Positions 8,725-19,170 are shown, counted from the stretch's first letter. The stretch: 63,912 nt of DNA from Candidatus Poseidoniales archaeon (GCA_012959435.1 DUDF01000145.1:1-63912); one strand, 5' to 3'. Numbers and translations: made by a program. Notes: generated from the sequence alone by a model not told the origin.

Positions 8725-9630
8725 ATGGCAGATGGCGACCAGGGTGAGGAGTTGCCCGGCTTGGGCTCAATGATGACACCACTATTGCTTCTAGTGGTCA
8801 TGTCAGTACTAATCATTAACCCCTCAATCAGAACATATCTTGCAAATGGTGCTGATACGATTCTAACACCCATGATCCCATTTTCTGACCGCTGGTTTGT
8901 GATAACTGTAGCCTTACTAGGGTCATCGATTATGATTGTAAACACTGTATTTCGTTCCTTTTTTATGGACCCAATGAAGCAAGCGCACCTTGCACATCGT
9001 AACAAACAAATTCGTAAGTTGTTAAATGAAGCTAGAATTGACCGAGATAAGGTTAGAATGGATAAAATTCAGAAACTTCAACAAAGATTGATGCCAGAAC
9101 AAATGAAATTACAAAATTCAATGATGAAACCCATGATGTTCACATTTGTATTCATCATCGCCATCTTTTCCTGGATGGCATTGAATGTGGAGGCATTTAG
9201 AGTTGATTACGTCAGTTTGCCATGGCGTGCAGAATGGAATTTAATGGATGATAAAGTCATTATATTCCCTGCTTGGATAGCGACTTACATCACAACTTCA
9301 GCACCGCTAGGGAGGGTTGTGGATAGACACATCAAATTACTACGATATCGAAAACACCCCATCGTACTCAGTGGCGAGACTTTACCTGAACCTCTGCTCA
9401 AAGAATTAGAGGATGCAAGTAATTCCGCCACCTCAAAAAAGCAAAAGAGAAGCAGAGATGGACCACGGAAAAAAGCCGGAATTGAGTCAAAAAGCACTGA
9501 TAAGACTCAATCATCTATTGCCGCACCTATGGCCGGCTCTGTTTGTCCAGACTGCGACTCCATTGAAGTTGAGAGAGCCCCCGATGGGCGTTTACGATGT
9601 GTGATTTGTAGAAATGTTTGGAGGCGATGA
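8725..9630 (+). CDS. DUF106 / EMC3-TMCO1 (Oxa1 superfamily) membrane insertase with C-terminal zinc ribbon
   Basis: TM + coiled coil + MMKPMMFTFVFIIAIFSWM, typical of archaeal DUF106; canonical position upstream of cmk-cbf5. Confidence 0.82.
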   Translation: MADGDQGEELPGLGSMMTPLLLLVVMSVLIINPSIRTYLANGADTILTPMIPFSDRWFVITVALLGSSIMIVNTVFRSFFMDPMKQAHLAHRNKQIRKLLNEARIDRDKVRMDKIQKLQQRLMPEQMKLQNSMMKPMMFTFVFIIAIFSWMALNVEAFRVDYVSLPWRAEWNLMDDKVIIFPAWIATYITTSAPLGRVVDRHIKLLRYRKHPIVLSGETLPEPLLKELEDASNSATSKKQKRSRDGPRKKAGIESKSTDKTQSSIAAPMAGSVCPDCDSIEVERAPDGRLRCVICRNVWRR

Positions 9631-9631
9631 T

Positions 9632-10177
9632 GTGGTTCACCTGACGGTGAGTGGGCACCCAGGAAGTGGGACCAGCACTTTGGTTGCAAAACTTTGTGAA
9701 CACAGAGGCTGGTCATACCTCAACGGAGGCGCTGTATTCCGCGCTATTTCCGAGGAAAGAGGGATTTCCTTGGAAGAATTTTCAGCCCTTTGTGATTCTG
9801 AACCTGAGGTTGATAAATCACTAGATGAAAGACTCATATCTGCAATGATGGATGAAAAAGGCCCAGAGATTGTTGAATCTAGACTGAGTGGGTGGTGGGC
9901 CTATCAAGGGAATATTGATTGCCTAAGACTTTGGATTTCTGTGACCCCCGAAGAGAGGGCAAAAAGAGTTGTGAAGAGAGAAGGCGGAAACCACAAAGAC
10001 GCACTGGCAAGGATTCATAGTAGAATGGAAACTGATCAGATCAGATATCATAATCTTTATCAAATTTCATTAGACAATCAAACACCCTACAATCTCATTA
10101 TCAATTCAGATACTCTAACAGCCGATGAAGTGGCTAATCTTGTTGAGACTGAACTTGTGAAAAGAGGAGTTGAATAA
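9632..10177 (+). CDS. cmk: Cytidylate kinase (archaeal type)
   Basis: SGHPGSGTST P-loop, GAVFR, ESRLSGW, RY..LY.I motifs; GGAGG SD before GTG 9632. Confidence 0.88.
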   Translation: MVHLTVSGHPGSGTSTLVAKLCEHRGWSYLNGGAVFRAISEERGISLEEFSALCDSEPEVDKSLDERLISAMMDEKGPEIVESRLSGWWAYQGNIDCLRLWISVTPEERAKRVVKREGGNHKDALARIHSRMETDQIRYHNLYQISLDNQTPYNLIINSDTLTADEVANLVETELVKRGVE

Positions 10178-10179
10178 TT

Positions 10180-11139
10180 ATGCAAAAAATGACAATCATT
10201 GACTCAGAAGCTACTACTGACTCAAAGTATGGGTGCCCGCCAGAGCGACGAACTGTAGATGAACTATTGACTAGTGGTTGGGTTCTTTTGGATAAACCAG
10301 CAGGGCCCAGTAGTCACCAACTAGCAGCATGGGTTCGAGATATGTTAGGGCTAGAAAAATTAGGCCATGGGGGCACTCTAGACCCGTTTGCCACTGGTGG
10401 GCTAGTCCTTCTTTCAGGTAACGCAACCCGTTTAACTGGCCGTATACTAAAGGGTGACAAGACGTATATTTGTATTTTCAAACTCCCTAAAGGAATAAGT
10501 GATGACGAACTTGGAAATGCTATTGCATCCTTAACTGGACGTATCCACAATGTTCCGCCAAAAGAATCCGCAGTGAAGGTTCAAGTGAGGCAGAGAACAA
10601 TTTCTACATTTGATTTGATTGAACGAGATGAACGAATCATTCTCACCTCAATTCATTGTGAAGCCGGAACCTATGTTCGAACAATTAGCCGTGATATGGG
10701 CCTATTACTTAGTGGTGAAGTGGAACTACTCGAATTAAGGCGGAGTAAAAGTGGTTCATTTTCGGAAGATGATGCAGTTAGTATGCACCAGTTGACTGAT
10801 GCTATTCACCTATGGAAGGAACATGACCAAACATCAGGGATGAAGAAAATTCTGCTCCCAGTTGAATCACTTCTATCAGGGATTCCAAAAATCACTCTAA
10901 AAGACGGGGCTGTTGCTGCAGTTGCACATGGCGCACCTCTAGCTTCAGTAGGAGTTGTTGGGCTGCATACAGACTTACAGAGGGGGGATGAAGTGCTAAT
11001 GGTTTCACTAAAAGGTGAGGCTGTAGCATTGGCTTCAATGACTGTAAACGGTGAAGATGTTGCCAATATGAAAGGGGGCGAAGTCGCTAGACCAAACCTA
11101 GTATTGATGGCTACGGATGTGTATCCAAAACGCTGGTAA
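10180..11139 (+). CDS. cbf5: H/ACA RNA-guided pseudouridine synthase Cbf5
   Basis: LDKPAGPSSHQ, GHGGTLDP, CEAGTYVRT motifs and C-terminal PUA domain. Confidence 0.95.
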   Translation: MQKMTIIDSEATTDSKYGCPPERRTVDELLTSGWVLLDKPAGPSSHQLAAWVRDMLGLEKLGHGGTLDPFATGGLVLLSGNATRLTGRILKGDKTYICIFKLPKGISDDELGNAIASLTGRIHNVPPKESAVKVQVRQRTISTFDLIERDERIILTSIHCEAGTYVRTISRDMGLLLSGEVELLELRRSKSGSFSEDDAVSMHQLTDAIHLWKEHDQTSGMKKILLPVESLLSGIPKITLKDGAVAAVAHGAPLASVGVVGLHTDLQRGDEVLMVSLKGEAVALASMTVNGEDVANMKGGEVARPNLVLMATDVYPKRW

Positions 11140-11206
11140 CCCAGCAAATTAAGAATGATTCATCAACAAAGGAATTATGTCCGAATCAATTAGATTGATT
11201 AAGACT

Positions 11207-11272
11207 TCAATTCAAATCATATTCTTCGTATATCCACTCATCAGTTTCAAGGCGAATCTTTAGTTTTCCCAT
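11207..11272 (-). CDS. Candidate 21-aa microprotein MGKLKIRLETDEWIYEEYDLN
   Basis: SD-like GGGGGT 7 nt before ATG; lies within an otherwise empty 310-bp intergenic region. Confidence 0.3.
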   Translation of the reverse strand: MGKLKIRLETDEWIYEEYDLN

Positions 11273-11448
11273 CGCAAATACCCCCGCTTCCGCCCCCTGT
11301 CAGACGCTGCTGACAATGCGAAAGCAATTTTTTCAGTCACGGGCCACCTATAACCATTTTCCGAAAATCAAGGATTATCCGTCTTTAAGCGCACACTATA
11401 TACTTGAAATCAAATAATTTGAAAAGCCTGATATTGGCTTTTACCAAC

Positions 11449-13842
11449 TCAACTTTCTCGCCTGATTTTACCTGGCCCCAGTTGTAAAGCAATAATTGCA
11501 CATACAATAACGCTAACAGCTACTATCCAAATTGTACTTGGAGGCAGATTAGCCACCCACCCATCCTGTTGTGCCTCTGTGGTTGCAGAGTTATCTAATG
11601 GTAAGACATTAACAGATGATGAGTACTCATTATTTGTTTCTGAAATTTCAAAAATATCGTGGGTAGGGTCAACATAAACTCTCAAAGATGTGTTTCCTGC
11701 ATCCATAGGCAACTGCCAATAACATGATGCGGATTCTAACCCTTCTGCTGAAATATGGGTTATATTCGCACTTCCAATTAATGTTTGACCGTTAAAACAT
11801 CGGATGCTCACTAAAGATGCAGGACTCAATCCATCGTTACGAACCCATACTTTGATTTCGTTAACTGAACCAACAATCATTTTTTCGGAATCAAACTCAA
11901 CACTCTCTACTAACAAATCAGGGTCAGATGTCGCTAGCACAGTTATTGATTCAGTAAATGTAGTTGTGCCATCGGAAAATGAGATCGAAATATCGAATGT
12001 CCCTGGAGATAGAGGTGCGAAGTTTAGATTACGGTATTGGTCAATGGTGGCCCATGATTTATCCGTAAGAATTGAAACCTGCCCTATTTCAGTGTCAATG
12101 TCCTGAACATTTAGAGTAATTGATACCGATTCCCCAACAGGGACAAGCACCTCTTGAGGTAGAATATCGTATGTAGGTGGGTCGTCAACTGAAGCAACCA
12201 ACACATCAATAGTAGTCGACCACAAATTACCTCTTTCATCTACTACGTTGATATCAACAGGAGCAATCCCTGATTGTTCTGGTTGTTGATTGAAAACCAA
12301 CCTACCATCTTCAACACTGACTTCAACAAGAGAGACATTCTGACTTTGGGCTGTGACAATAAGATTGCTGACTGGAGTAATATCGTCACTACATGTGTTT
12401 CTAAACGATACCACATCACCAATACCATCTTCATTCAGATAAACATCTGCAGGTCTTTCACAGGTAGGATCGTAATCCCATTCAACAACGAATCCTCCTG
12501 AAAGGGTAATATCCTCAATTTGAGCTACAACGGTTTCAGGCACCCCATTTGATGACCAGTAAAACCTCGCCCCAACTCCCACATCCAAGGTTTCACCACT
12601 TACTGGGAGATACCGCCCAATAGGGAAGGAAAGCGAGAACGAACCAACTGTCATCGGTTGGGTCGAAACTAAATTAGTTCCTATCGCGAAACTGAGATAA
12701 CTATACTCAGCCTGTAAACCATCAGTCATCCCAGTAATTTCGCCGTTAATTGAGATTGTCGGGTCATTGAAATCAATTCTTAAACCAGAAATGCAACCAT
12801 CGAAAATGACAATGTCGGCACGAAGATAGTTACCTGCTGAAATTAGAGAGCCATCAGTGATTCCAACTCCTGAACTCCAACTAGCACCATCTGTACTACT
12901 CTGTATTTCAATTGACACACTCGCATTACCAAATAAATGGATTCGACCCCATGTCTGGTCATGTGGCAACTGCAAAGCAGGCGTTATCCAACCACCCGGG
13001 TTTCCACCTGTCACCACCTCAAGCCCACAACTAGTAGTGATGAGATTATTTTGACTACCTGATGACAAATCAATATCTTCGAATGGTGACATTGCTAAAA
13101 GTTCGGAATACACCGCCTTCCCAGAATCGAGTCCTGACCATTGTGTCTGATGCAAAACCTTGATTCCAATTGCATCAACTCTTACTTCGCTGTCATCAAT
13201 CCCGCCAACCGAAACATAATCAACAGTGACAAGTAAATTCTCTAACTGATTCCAAGTCCAGTTTGTGACTCCATCAAGAGACAACTCTAGCGGATTTCCT
13301 TGCATATTGTCAATCGCTGATGGCGTGTGAGCAAAATTCGTTAACAACTCTATGTTTCCATCCCACTCAATTTCAATTCGGACTTGATCATCCTGAAGTG
13401 TCTCAGGTATTGCAAACGCAACCATCAATGTTGCATTCAGTAGAGGGTCATTTGACAAAGCCGTCATATCAAAATTTGTAAGTTCTATTTCTGGCCCCTT
13501 ACTCCAACTATAACCGCCATCAGGGATGCCCAAAGAAAGATTACTGCTTGTCGGAGAATATAACGCCCAACTTGTATCCTCAACAACATTTTGAGGCCTT
13601 TCGTGAGTAAATGATAGGTGACTATCAGTTATCATCGTCTCAGTCCAGTGTGCTTGCTCACCAGGAGTAAATCCATATTGTGTAGTAAGAGCCCATTCAC
13701 TAGAATTATCAAAAGTCCCGGACGGGAAAATATCAACAACTTCTGAACGTATTACGACATCTCCAGCCACAGGAGTAGATATGCTAACAAGCATCAAGAG
13801 AACCAATATGCCGGCTACACATCCATTCGTACGCTGTTCCAT
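11449..13842 (-). CDS. Secreted, C-terminally anchored surface protein with Ig-like/CARDB domains
   Basis: Signal peptide; PDLLV...VWVRNDG...VYVDP...EISETNN (CARDB); C-terminal TM followed by basic residues. Confidence 0.8.
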   Translation of the reverse strand: MEQRTNGCVAGILVLLMLVSISTPVAGDVVIRSEVVDIFPSGTFDNSSEWALTTQYGFTPGEQAHWTETMITDSHLSFTHERPQNVVEDTSWALYSPTSSNLSLGIPDGGYSWSKGPEIELTNFDMTALSNDPLLNATLMVAFAIPETLQDDQVRIEIEWDGNIELLTNFAHTPSAIDNMQGNPLELSLDGVTNWTWNQLENLLVTVDYVSVGGIDDSEVRVDAIGIKVLHQTQWSGLDSGKAVYSELLAMSPFEDIDLSSGSQNNLITTSCGLEVVTGGNPGGWITPALQLPHDQTWGRIHLFGNASVSIEIQSSTDGASWSSGVGITDGSLISAGNYLRADIVIFDGCISGLRIDFNDPTISINGEITGMTDGLQAEYSYLSFAIGTNLVSTQPMTVGSFSLSFPIGRYLPVSGETLDVGVGARFYWSSNGVPETVVAQIEDITLSGGFVVEWDYDPTCERPADVYLNEDGIGDVVSFRNTCSDDITPVSNLIVTAQSQNVSLVEVSVEDGRLVFNQQPEQSGIAPVDINVVDERGNLWSTTIDVLVASVDDPPTYDILPQEVLVPVGESVSITLNVQDIDTEIGQVSILTDKSWATIDQYRNLNFAPLSPGTFDISISFSDGTTTFTESITVLATSDPDLLVESVEFDSEKMIVGSVNEIKVWVRNDGLSPASLVSIRCFNGQTLIGSANITHISAEGLESASCYWQLPMDAGNTSLRVYVDPTHDIFEISETNNEYSSSVNVLPLDNSATTEAQQDGWVANLPPSTIWIVAVSVIVCAIIALQLGPGKIRRES

Positions 13843-13936
13843 AGACTGCGCGTGTAGGGGACGCCCTTCAACCCCTCGCTTTCATGACATGGTAGAACGG
13901 TTGATTAGGGGTGGGTATGTGGGCAGGACACCTATT

Positions 13937-14009
13937 GGCTGCGGTGGTCTAGGGGTTAGGACGGTAGGTTGTGGTCCTGCCAGCCCGGGTTCAATTCCCG
14001 GTCGCGGCC
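13937..14009 (+). tRNA. tRNA-His(GTG) with encoded G-1
   Basis: Acceptor GCTGCGG/TCGCGGC, anticodon arm GTAGG-TT-GTG-GT-CCTGC, C discriminator opposite G-1. Confidence 0.95.
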
Positions 14010-14097
14010 CTCACTCTCATTAATTAGCAATATATCTAGACAAATGTCAATCGGTGTAGCGGTAATGCGGCGTAGTTAACAATGTGAAAATGACACC

Positions 14098-14739
14098 TTA
14101 CTTTTTGTCATTTATTGATTCGAGATCTATCGAGTGACCCATTCTCTGAACCTTAGTTGAAAGATATTCAATATTATCTGCCCCCACACCAACAACTAGA
14201 GGTATTTGCTCAATTACTTCTATACCTAGATTATTCATCTGTTGAACTTTGTCAGGATTATTTGTCAAAAGGCTGACACCGGTGATGTTTAATGCCTTCA
14301 GAATCTCAGCCGCAATTCTATAATCCCGCGCATCAGCAGGATGCCCGAGCATGATATTTGCATCTAGGGTATCAACTCCTTCATCCTGAAGATGATAGGC
14401 TTTTATTTTCTCACGCAGACCAATCCCTCGGCCTTCTTGGCGCAAATAAACAACGCATCCCCAACCTGCTTCATGTATCAGCTCCATTGCTGATTTCAAT
14501 TGTGGACCACAATCACACCTCAGACTTCCAAATGCATCTCCTGTCAAACACTCTGAATGAATACGCACAAGCACTGGGTCAGGTCCAATCATATCACCAA
14601 GAGTTAATGCAACATGATCTAATTTAGTTGATTGCTCATGAAAAACACGGATTCTAAAGTTTCCAAATTCAGTTGGTAAACTAGCATCAGCTGGAATATC
14701 CTTAGCCTCATGAATTGAAACCTCGTTATTTGAACCCAT
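14098..14739 (-). CDS. ribA: GTP cyclohydrolase II
   Basis: RIHSECLTGDAFGSLRCDCG, QEGRGIGL and LLTNNPDK motifs. Confidence 0.96.
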   Translation of the reverse strand: MGSNNEVSIHEAKDIPADASLPTEFGNFRIRVFHEQSTKLDHVALTLGDMIGPDPVLVRIHSECLTGDAFGSLRCDCGPQLKSAMELIHEAGWGCVVYLRQEGRGIGLREKIKAYHLQDEGVDTLDANIMLGHPADARDYRIAAEILKALNITGVSLLTNNPDKVQQMNNLGIEVIEQIPLVVGVGADNIEYLSTKVQRMGHSIDLESINDKK

Positions 14740-14748
14740 ATTCTCAAC

Positions 14749-14985
14749 TCACTGTTTCTCAATAATGAATGTAATTTCGCCAGCATCTTCTACGAGAGAA
14801 AGCAGTCTGGCTCCAATCCTGTCTAGTAACAATGGAATATCATGCTTTGTCTCAGCATCATCAGCAATTACTTCAAGAGTTGTACCTTTCTCCATTCCAA
14901 CTAGAGCTTTTCTAGTCTCGTGAACTGGCACAGGGCAATGATATCCCAGCAAGTTTAGGGTTAGCATCGATGGTTCCTCGGACAC
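14749..14985 (-). CDS. SirA/TusA-family sulfur carrier protein
   Basis: LNLLGYHCPVPV...LEVIADD...DIP motif; GTG start at 14985 assumed. Confidence 0.85.
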   Translation of the reverse strand: MSEEPSMLTLNLLGYHCPVPVHETRKALVGMEKGTTLEVIADDAETKHDIPLLLDRIGARLLSLVEDAGEITFIIEKQ

Positions 14986-15057
14986 TTCGAGGATACTACC
15001 TCTTTTCAACCCATTCAGAGACATTGTTTTGATAGGGAGGTGGCTCATCAAGCATAC

Positions 15058-15993
15058 ATGGAACGGCCAGAGGATGATGTCTCGTGGTCAGAAATCGGTG
15101 ACAGATTGAAAATAATTGGTATCGTTGTTGGTCTATTAGTGGTGGCTGAACTATTCTATCGATGGATAACTTATCCCAATGATAGTTTTGCAATTTATCA
15201 AGAAGCGATAACATGGGCATGGTACCACACCCACTCACTGATATTTGGTGCAGAAAGCGTTTCTTATGTCACTACAGATGGTCCTGCTACAATCCTTCAG
15301 TTCACTCATGCATCATTCATTGGCAGCAGTATGGACCCGTTGGAAGTAACTGATGAATGTGCAGGCATACATGAGATTGCTTTTGTTTCATTCATGATTT
15401 GGATGACTCCAGGGGTTTCAAAACGCTTGAAATTACGGGGTATATTTGTCATGGCTGGGGTTCTCAGTTTGTTAAACTTAGTTCGCCTTGTGGTCCTATA
15501 TCCTTTGGCAGTGAGCGGATGTGTGGAGAACCCAGGGGAATACGGTTGTTGGGCACCAATGTGGGAATTCCATCAATTCATGCTTGAAATTGGATTTCTG
15601 TTAGTAATTGTTCTAGGGTGGACTGGTTGGTACTTGGCAGTAGGTGGCCCTGCTAAAACAAAACAAATGGGTGACCTAAATATGCGATTCTCATTACCAA
15701 CTCATATTTCACAACGACAGCCATTACCACAGTTATCTGTAGTAGTTCTATTGCTAGCAGGGATTTTAGCAACTTCTTCTGTTTACACCCTCGGGTTTGA
15801 TGATGAAGCCGAACAGCAACGGATTGAGGCTGAAGGTTGTGAAGATATTATCAGCGCTTATTGTAGTGAAGAAACAAAACAATGGGATACTATATCTGGG
15901 AAAGCTTGGAGATATTTGTTGGTCAGCGGAATTGCAACATCATTCGCAGCACTCAAATTACATTGGAGAAATGAATCCGAAGAAGAGGAATAA
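15058..15993 (+). CDS. Exosortase/archaeosortase-family membrane protease with C-terminal extension
   Basis: Catalytic C-R-H pattern: VTDECAG, NLVRL, WEFHQ; multiple TM helices. Confidence 0.8.
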   Translation: MERPEDDVSWSEIGDRLKIIGIVVGLLVVAELFYRWITYPNDSFAIYQEAITWAWYHTHSLIFGAESVSYVTTDGPATILQFTHASFIGSSMDPLEVTDECAGIHEIAFVSFMIWMTPGVSKRLKLRGIFVMAGVLSLLNLVRLVVLYPLAVSGCVENPGEYGCWAPMWEFHQFMLEIGFLLVIVLGWTGWYLAVGGPAKTKQMGDLNMRFSLPTHISQRQPLPQLSVVVLLLAGILATSSVYTLGFDDEAEQQRIEAEGCEDIISAYCSEETKQWDTISGKAWRYLLVSGIATSFAALKLHWRNESEEEE

Positions 15994-16018
15994 TACCTAA
16001 TTAGTTGAAAAATCAACT

Positions 16019-17455
16019 CTATCGGCTTATTTCAAGATTTACTGAATTGCCGTTCCAATCTCGGTTTGCCATTACTTTTATCACAGATTCAACTTTATCA
16101 AGATGAATCTCAACCTCACTTGAATCACCTTCAATAGAAACCTCGCCGATTGCGAGTTGGTCAAGTTTTGCTTCATTCGAAAACCAATTTGTCAAAGTAT
16201 GATTTGTAGCACCCTGGTGCTTGCCAACAGAAACTTTCACTGGAACCATTCCAAAATTATTGGCTACTTCACCCCAATCTTGTTGCTTCCGCACTGGGTC
16301 TCTGTCAACACCCTTCGGTAATGCAGGTGGTTCTGATTCGGGAATAGATAAATTCCATGTCGCAGATATTTTCTGTAATTGACCCTTATCTTCGCCGGTA
16401 ACGAATGACCACGCAGTACCTTTACGGCCCATTCTACCAGTCCTTCCGATTCTGTGAACATAACTTTCAACATCAATTGGAAGATCATAATTTACTACTA
16501 TTGTAACCCCATCAACATCGATTCCACGTGCCGCAACATCTGTACAAATGAGAATCTTCTCGATACCATCTTTGAAGGAATCAATAATCCTTCCACGCTT
16601 GTTTTGCGGCATGTCACCGTGTAGGCCAATTGCATTGAATCGAATTTTGTTCAATCGCTGAGTTAACAAATCTACCATCCTCTTGGTATTTGAGAAAATC
16701 ATCATCTGGTCATCATCATCCATATTCGCAAGGATTCTCCCCAATGCCCACAATTTATTGGCTCGGCCAATTGATATATGCATCTGATCAATTTCAGGGA
16801 TGTCAACTTCCAAATCATCAGACATTACATGCTCCGCATTAGTGATGAAGGTATTTGCTGCCTCCAAAACCTCCTCTGGGAAAGTGGCACTGAAAAGCAT
16901 GGTTTGCTTTCTGTTTTCCATCTTTTCTAGAACCCATAGAATATCAGGGAAGAAACCCATGTCAAGCATGCGGTCTGCCTCATCTAGGCATAGAGTTGAG
17001 ATATTTTCGAGTTTGAGGTGACCTCTTTTACTCATGTCGATTATTCTGCCGGGGGTCCCAACAACAATTTCCACGCCATCATTCAATTTTTTGGCCTGCT
17101 TGTCCACATCAGTACCACCATAAACAGTGATGATCCCTAATCCTTTATCTCCCTGAAGCCATTGTAATTCTTCTGCTACTTGTTGTGCCAATTCCCTAGT
17201 AGGGGTGATTATAATTGCTTGAAGTTCACCATTTGCCTCAGTTGACTCAATAGTAGGAATTCCAAATGCAGCGGTCTTTCCCGAACCGGTTCTAGCTTGA
17301 CCGACCACATCTCGACCGCTACGAGCCAAGGGGATTGCTTCTGCTTGAATTTGAGTAACGTATTCCCAGCCTTTCTTTGAAAGGGCTTCGAGAATTGAAG
17401 GATCCAAGTCCCACGATGAGAACTTTATGTTGGATACTGCTGTTTGCTTAGACAT
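16019..17455 (-). CDS. DEAD-box RNA helicase with DbpA-type C-terminal RNA-binding domain
   Basis: ARTGSGKT, PTRELA, DEAD, SAT and HRIGRTGR motifs. Confidence 0.95.
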   Translation of the reverse strand: MSKQTAVSNIKFSSWDLDPSILEALSKKGWEYVTQIQAEAIPLARSGRDVVGQARTGSGKTAAFGIPTIESTEANGELQAIIITPTRELAQQVAEELQWLQGDKGLGIITVYGGTDVDKQAKKLNDGVEIVVGTPGRIIDMSKRGHLKLENISTLCLDEADRMLDMGFFPDILWVLEKMENRKQTMLFSATFPEEVLEAANTFITNAEHVMSDDLEVDIPEIDQMHISIGRANKLWALGRILANMDDDDQMMIFSNTKRMVDLLTQRLNKIRFNAIGLHGDMPQNKRGRIIDSFKDGIEKILICTDVAARGIDVDGVTIVVNYDLPIDVESYVHRIGRTGRMGRKGTAWSFVTGEDKGQLQKISATWNLSIPESEPPALPKGVDRDPVRKQQDWGEVANNFGMVPVKVSVGKHQGATNHTLTNWFSNEAKLDQLAIGEVSIEGDSSEVEIHLDKVESVIKVMANRDWNGNSVNLEISR

Positions 17456-17472
17456 TTTCTCACCAGTCCAGT

Positions 17473-17760
17473 TCAGTAGGACTCGGCTTCACGAATTTCT
17501 TCTTGTAGTTCGCCCATCCAGTACTTTCGACAGTACTCCTTTGTGAAGAAACGATTTTCATCCATGTGTACACCGCCACCTTCCTTACGTTCTTGACGAC
17601 GGCCATTAACTGATTTGATGTCAGGAATCTTTTGACGGACATGTTCTCGCATATATTGGCGGAACTTTGCTGCCTTCACAGGGTTGTCCCCTTTGACACT
17701 ACGACCGTTCCATAAACGCTCAAACTGCTCGGCCTTCCAATCGCCTGATTTTGCACTCAT
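17473..17760 (-). CDS. Hypothetical basic protein (95 aa)
   Basis: ORF fills the gap between co-oriented genes; start at ATG 17760 assumed; no family recognised. Confidence 0.6.
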   Translation of the reverse strand: MSAKSGDWKAEQFERLWNGRSVKGDNPVKAAKFRQYMREHVRQKIPDIKSVNGRRQERKEGGGVHMDENRFFTKEYCRKYWMGELQEEIREAESY

Positions 17761-17828
17761 ATAATCACTCAGCGAGCCGCCCACCTTACGCCCCTCTTTA
17801 ATAATGACGCAAAGAGAGATTTGCTGAT

Positions 17829-19037
17829 TCACTCTCTAGATTTGGGTTCATCTCTTTTTTCTTGGCTTGATAGTTGCTTTTGAGGTGATAAATCAGCAGG
17901 TGGCAATATTGGTATTCCATCAATGTCTGTTGCCGGTGGGGCCTTCGCCAAGTATCGATTTTTCTCATCTTCGCCGCCATCAATTTCAGGGTCTCTAGAT
18001 AATTCTTCAAGCAATAATATTAGATCCGGCTTAGTCTCATGACGCAATAAATCTGAAGCCTGTATCCGCATCTCTGTTTCAGTGAATAAACGAGGCATCA
18101 TCAATATACACGCTCTTCTGATTGCTGGGTCTGTATGGCGAGCACCATCAACACAAAGGCGATTCATTCTGAATCCTGTGATATCCATGGAATTTAGAGC
18201 ACGTAATGCTGGTTTCCTTACTGCTGCACAGGTATCAAACAATGAATTTTCAATGAGTATTTTAGCAATTCTTGGTTGTGCCGCAGCAAGTGTTGGCAAT
18301 GTGCGAGCAGCCTGGGCCCTTACTTTGTCTGAATCATCACCAAGTGCCCACCCAATCAAATCCCAAACCGAGGCTGATTTAGTACGAGAAAGAGGGGGTA
18401 GGATTTTTGCCGCTTCAACCCTTAACTTTTCATCCTCTAGGCGTAGAAGGTCATCTAAATGGAAAACTACCACTTCAGGCCAAACTTTACACATTTCTTT
18501 CAGAGCATTGTAAGCAGATTTACGGCGATTAATATTACTCGATCGTAACTCTTGTGCTAACATTTCTTCAGTTGCCGAAGGGAACACTGGAGCCACTATT
18601 TCAAGACATTTTGATGCTGAGTTTCTCACTAATGGGTCTATATCATCAATTAATTCACGTAGATGTTCGAACAGTTCGTCTGCCTCAACCAAAGCACAAT
18701 AGGGTAGGGAAAAAAGAGCGGAAACCCTGATTTCTGATTTGACATCCGATAGAGCCAATTTCAATTGTTCTTGTACAGCATCTTGGTCACTACGCATCAC
18801 CCTAGGTAAAGCCCTGACACCATCTGCGCGAGAAACAAGTTGTGGCTTTTCCTTCCAACGAATTTCTAAAGCCTGAATAGAGCCATTGCATAATGGTATA
18901 ATGTCGAAATATTTGATTGCATCCCAATACCCTTGGGGCGCCCTATACGCTTCATCAACATGTCCGGGAATCCCCCTTTCACCTATTTGTAGAGGGAGTC
19001 CTGTCTTTGGGTCTCTTGCAATATACTTAACCATCAA
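17829..19037 (-). CDS. HEAT-repeat protein
   Basis: Repeated D.DPLVR..A / DDSDKVRAQAA / HTDPAIRRAC units. Confidence 0.8.
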   Translation of the reverse strand: MMVKYIARDPKTGLPLQIGERGIPGHVDEAYRAPQGYWDAIKYFDIIPLCNGSIQALEIRWKEKPQLVSRADGVRALPRVMRSDQDAVQEQLKLALSDVKSEIRVSALFSLPYCALVEADELFEHLRELIDDIDPLVRNSASKCLEIVAPVFPSATEEMLAQELRSSNINRRKSAYNALKEMCKVWPEVVVFHLDDLLRLEDEKLRVEAAKILPPLSRTKSASVWDLIGWALGDDSDKVRAQAARTLPTLAAAQPRIAKILIENSLFDTCAAVRKPALRALNSMDITGFRMNRLCVDGARHTDPAIRRACILMMPRLFTETEMRIQASDLLRHETKPDLILLLEELSRDPEIDGGEDEKNRYLAKAPPATDIDGIPILPPADLSPQKQLSSQEKRDEPKSRE

Positions 19038-19170
19038 ACAACCCTTACCATCGACCCTATTTTAGGTATTCACCCTCAATACTTGAGGGCTCGCAAAAGT
19101 TCCTCTGTCTTTGTTGTTGTGCTTATGGCGAAACACAGACTTGATGCACTTTGAGTTATCAGCAGTGGTT

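Noticed and set aside
11221..11245. Hammerhead-like core CTGATGAG...CGAA on the minus strand
   Set aside because: It reads GAAG rather than GAAA, stem II is weak and stems I/III are not evident. It also lies within the candidate small ORF.
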